A stretch of DNA of 64,000 nucleotides, from assembly GCA_964106915.2 (NCBI GenBank), contig OZ066928.1, one strand, 5' to 3'. Positions within the stretch are counted from its first letter, which is position 1, and each line of letters begins with the position of its first letter. The stretch is from Podarcis gaigeae. Taxonomy: Eukaryota. The translations under genes and the position numbers were made by a program. This document shows positions 61,700 to 64,000 of this stretch, piece after piece. The notes under the pieces were generated by a model. That model worked only from the letters and a program-made list of their open reading frames with translations, had not been told where the DNA came from and ran no database searches.

Positions 61700-63261
61700 C
61701 TCCTTCTGGTACAATAACATTGAAATGGCAAGGATGGGTGGTAGAATAGGTGAATAATTTTTTTTTGGGGGGGTTTCATATCTTCCCATCAACCCCCTAA
61801 CATTACAATGATATCAGGTGGTGATTGTCAGGACTTCAAAGCACCTCACACAGCTTCCAAAGAGATCTATGATGCATTGATAAGAGTGTCACTGATCAGC
61901 AGCCCTGAAGTATCACTTATCAGCTGACAGGAAGAGACTTCAAGCCTGCTTTCTGGTTGCACAGCTGTGTTCCCCAGCAAATCCAGCCATTCCTGTACTT
62001 GTTCCACACCCGACAGGTGACCATGGATTAGGGAAAACAGCTTTGCAGACCAGATTTGGTCAGTAAGTTGGAGGTGTACCCCCTCCCACTGGCTCTGTTC
62101 CCTCAACCTTCTGTAAGCCCTGGGCCCTTGTCAGGCCACTTTTGATGGGATGATATTGCAATTTATGCACTTCCATCCCACTGTACATATATAAACCCCC
62201 CGGAATATGTAGAAACAACTCCCCTTTTCTGGGTGGCCCAAAGTGTTTCTAAATGGCTGGATAACCAGCCACCCAAATTTCCTACTGCAGGGAATGATTT
62301 CAAGCATCAGATATTCAGAACTCTCAAAAAGTTTGATGAATTAAAAATAAGGAATATGGCCTTTTAAAAAAAATAACCATGATTTACAAAAAGCTTATTG
62401 CTTGGTTATCTTTTTATTATTTGTTTTGCTTCTAGTTTTTCCTCTTTCTTGCTGTTCACCATAAGGTTTATTCACACGCATGATCAGACTGCAAGCTTAA
62501 GGAACCTGATCAATAGCTACAGGGGTTAAAGAAGCGTCCTTGCATTTATGAACTGCATAAGTGCATTAGGGAGACATTTTCAAATCAATGGGCATAACAG
62601 CCGAGTACTGGGTGAGGTGCTTGACTTCATCGCACTAGTTGAGCATTGCAAATTACTTGTTGCAAAACATTTAATATATGTGCACCTGCACCCCTAATCA
62701 AAGCAGAAAGCTTCGTTTTCTTGTGTGCATTTGCAAATTATAAAAAAGTGGGCATTGACTTTGGGAATATTGTCTCCGTTAATTATTTGGGGAATAATGT
62801 CTGCAGCAGGAAAATAAAATAAAAACTAGACCAGGCAGCAGAAAGTAAGTGATTAAATGCAGTAGATTAGATTCCGGATCAATCTTGGCACCAGAATAAG
62901 AGCTGGTGTTAAGACTGTTTTTAGGACAGGCCAAGGTATAAGCTTTTTAAATAAGTAAAATAATTGTGCAGAATGAAATGGCATAATTTTCTACTATGTG
63001 CTTTTTAATTTTTTTAATTCTGCACCCCATCTGTAACCCCTAAACACATTGCTTGTAGCAAACTAGCACACAGAAGAGAGAGTCTTAGTGTATATTCTGT
63101 TTTTGGTGTGCTGCTTTACTAAATGTGGGGGAGTTTAATGTCTGGTGAGGAACATTCAAAATAGGACCCTTCACCAATGGTAAGATGAGGCAAAGTCTAA
63201 ACCTAACATTGCTGCAATTTCTAACCTGTTTTCATCACAATAGGGCTTGTACAGCACTTAC

Positions 63262-63314
63262 ATAGTAATGTGTGCTGTTACTGTTGTGCAGAGGGTCGTT
63301 TTCTTCTCCTCTCC
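63262..63314 (-). other. Candidate 53-nt exon of an unknown transcript
   Basis: Minus-strand acceptor TTAATTTTTCTCTCTCTTTTCAG and donor GTAAGT; two of three frames are open. Confidence 0.35.
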
Positions 63315-64000
63315 CTGAAAAGAGAGAGAAAAATTAATTATTCTCTGCACATCTGTGAACTGGGAAAGAGCTTCCATGTAAGTGGGTCCAAGCACAATTT
63401 TCAGACAAGATTGACTCCATATCTCTTATTTAGAAATTAAGCCATAAAACCTGACACAAGTTTTTGAATTCATGTATTATTTACACCTACACTTCCTTTG
63501 CCAATGAACCTAACAAACAGAAAACTTATTTCCAGTTGCAGGCAGTTCCACACCCCACACCCTGCCCATAAATCAAGTCAAGTCAACAAACAATTGCAGT
63601 AGCACATACGGCAAACCCTAAAGTTGAAACAGTTCACCTCCTCTCACGATTTAGCTGTGCCAGTGAAATACTGAATCCTCAAATTAAAAAGTTGTTCACA
63701 ACGTTGATGCGAGATTTAATCTTCTGTTGGTCTATTGTTTGTTTAAACAAACTTTTTGTAAGCCTTAAATTGTTATTAGTTCCTCCTACAGATAATTTTA
63801 TTTTAGCTTTTTATGTAAACTGCTTTTGGGGTTGTTGTTGGTTGTTGTTGTTTTTACAATCGGTGTATAAATTGTATGAAATAAAATATGTAGTTCCAGG
63901 ATGTGGCCAAGGAGATGTTCCATGGAGATACAAAAACCTCTCCAGCAGGTGACAGCTGAAAGTCTGGGTGCATATAAACCAGCCAGTGCTTTTTTCCTGG

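Overview
Vertebrate nuclear DNA, almost certainly from a squamate and most likely a lacertid lizard. The assignment rests on Sauria SINEs, Bov-B LINEs, squamate-type tRNA SINEs, and CR1, L2 and Penelope fragments. I cannot identify any host protein-coding gene: the window looks like a large intron or gene desert, with three assembly gaps and several repeat-free blocks that may be conserved non-coding elements. Every recognisable ORF is transposon-derived. Notable structures: (1) a compact Ngaro/DIRS-like element (~290-2900, minus) that keeps tyrosine recombinase and SGNH-hydrolase remnants but has no visible gag or RT; (2) a young 2.2-kb L1-clade element with both termini and a perfect 17-bp TSD, in which the ORF1 start is joined directly to the ORF2 C-terminus; (3) two TSD-flanked palindromic Penelope-like insertions with hammerhead-ribozyme core motifs; (4) a Bov-B copy ending in a 172-bp fold-back inverted duplication; (5) a solo LTR, many MITEs and SINEs with clean TSDs, a 47-bp VNTR and two candidate small exons. 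All family assignments come from motif recognition by eye; no database search was run.
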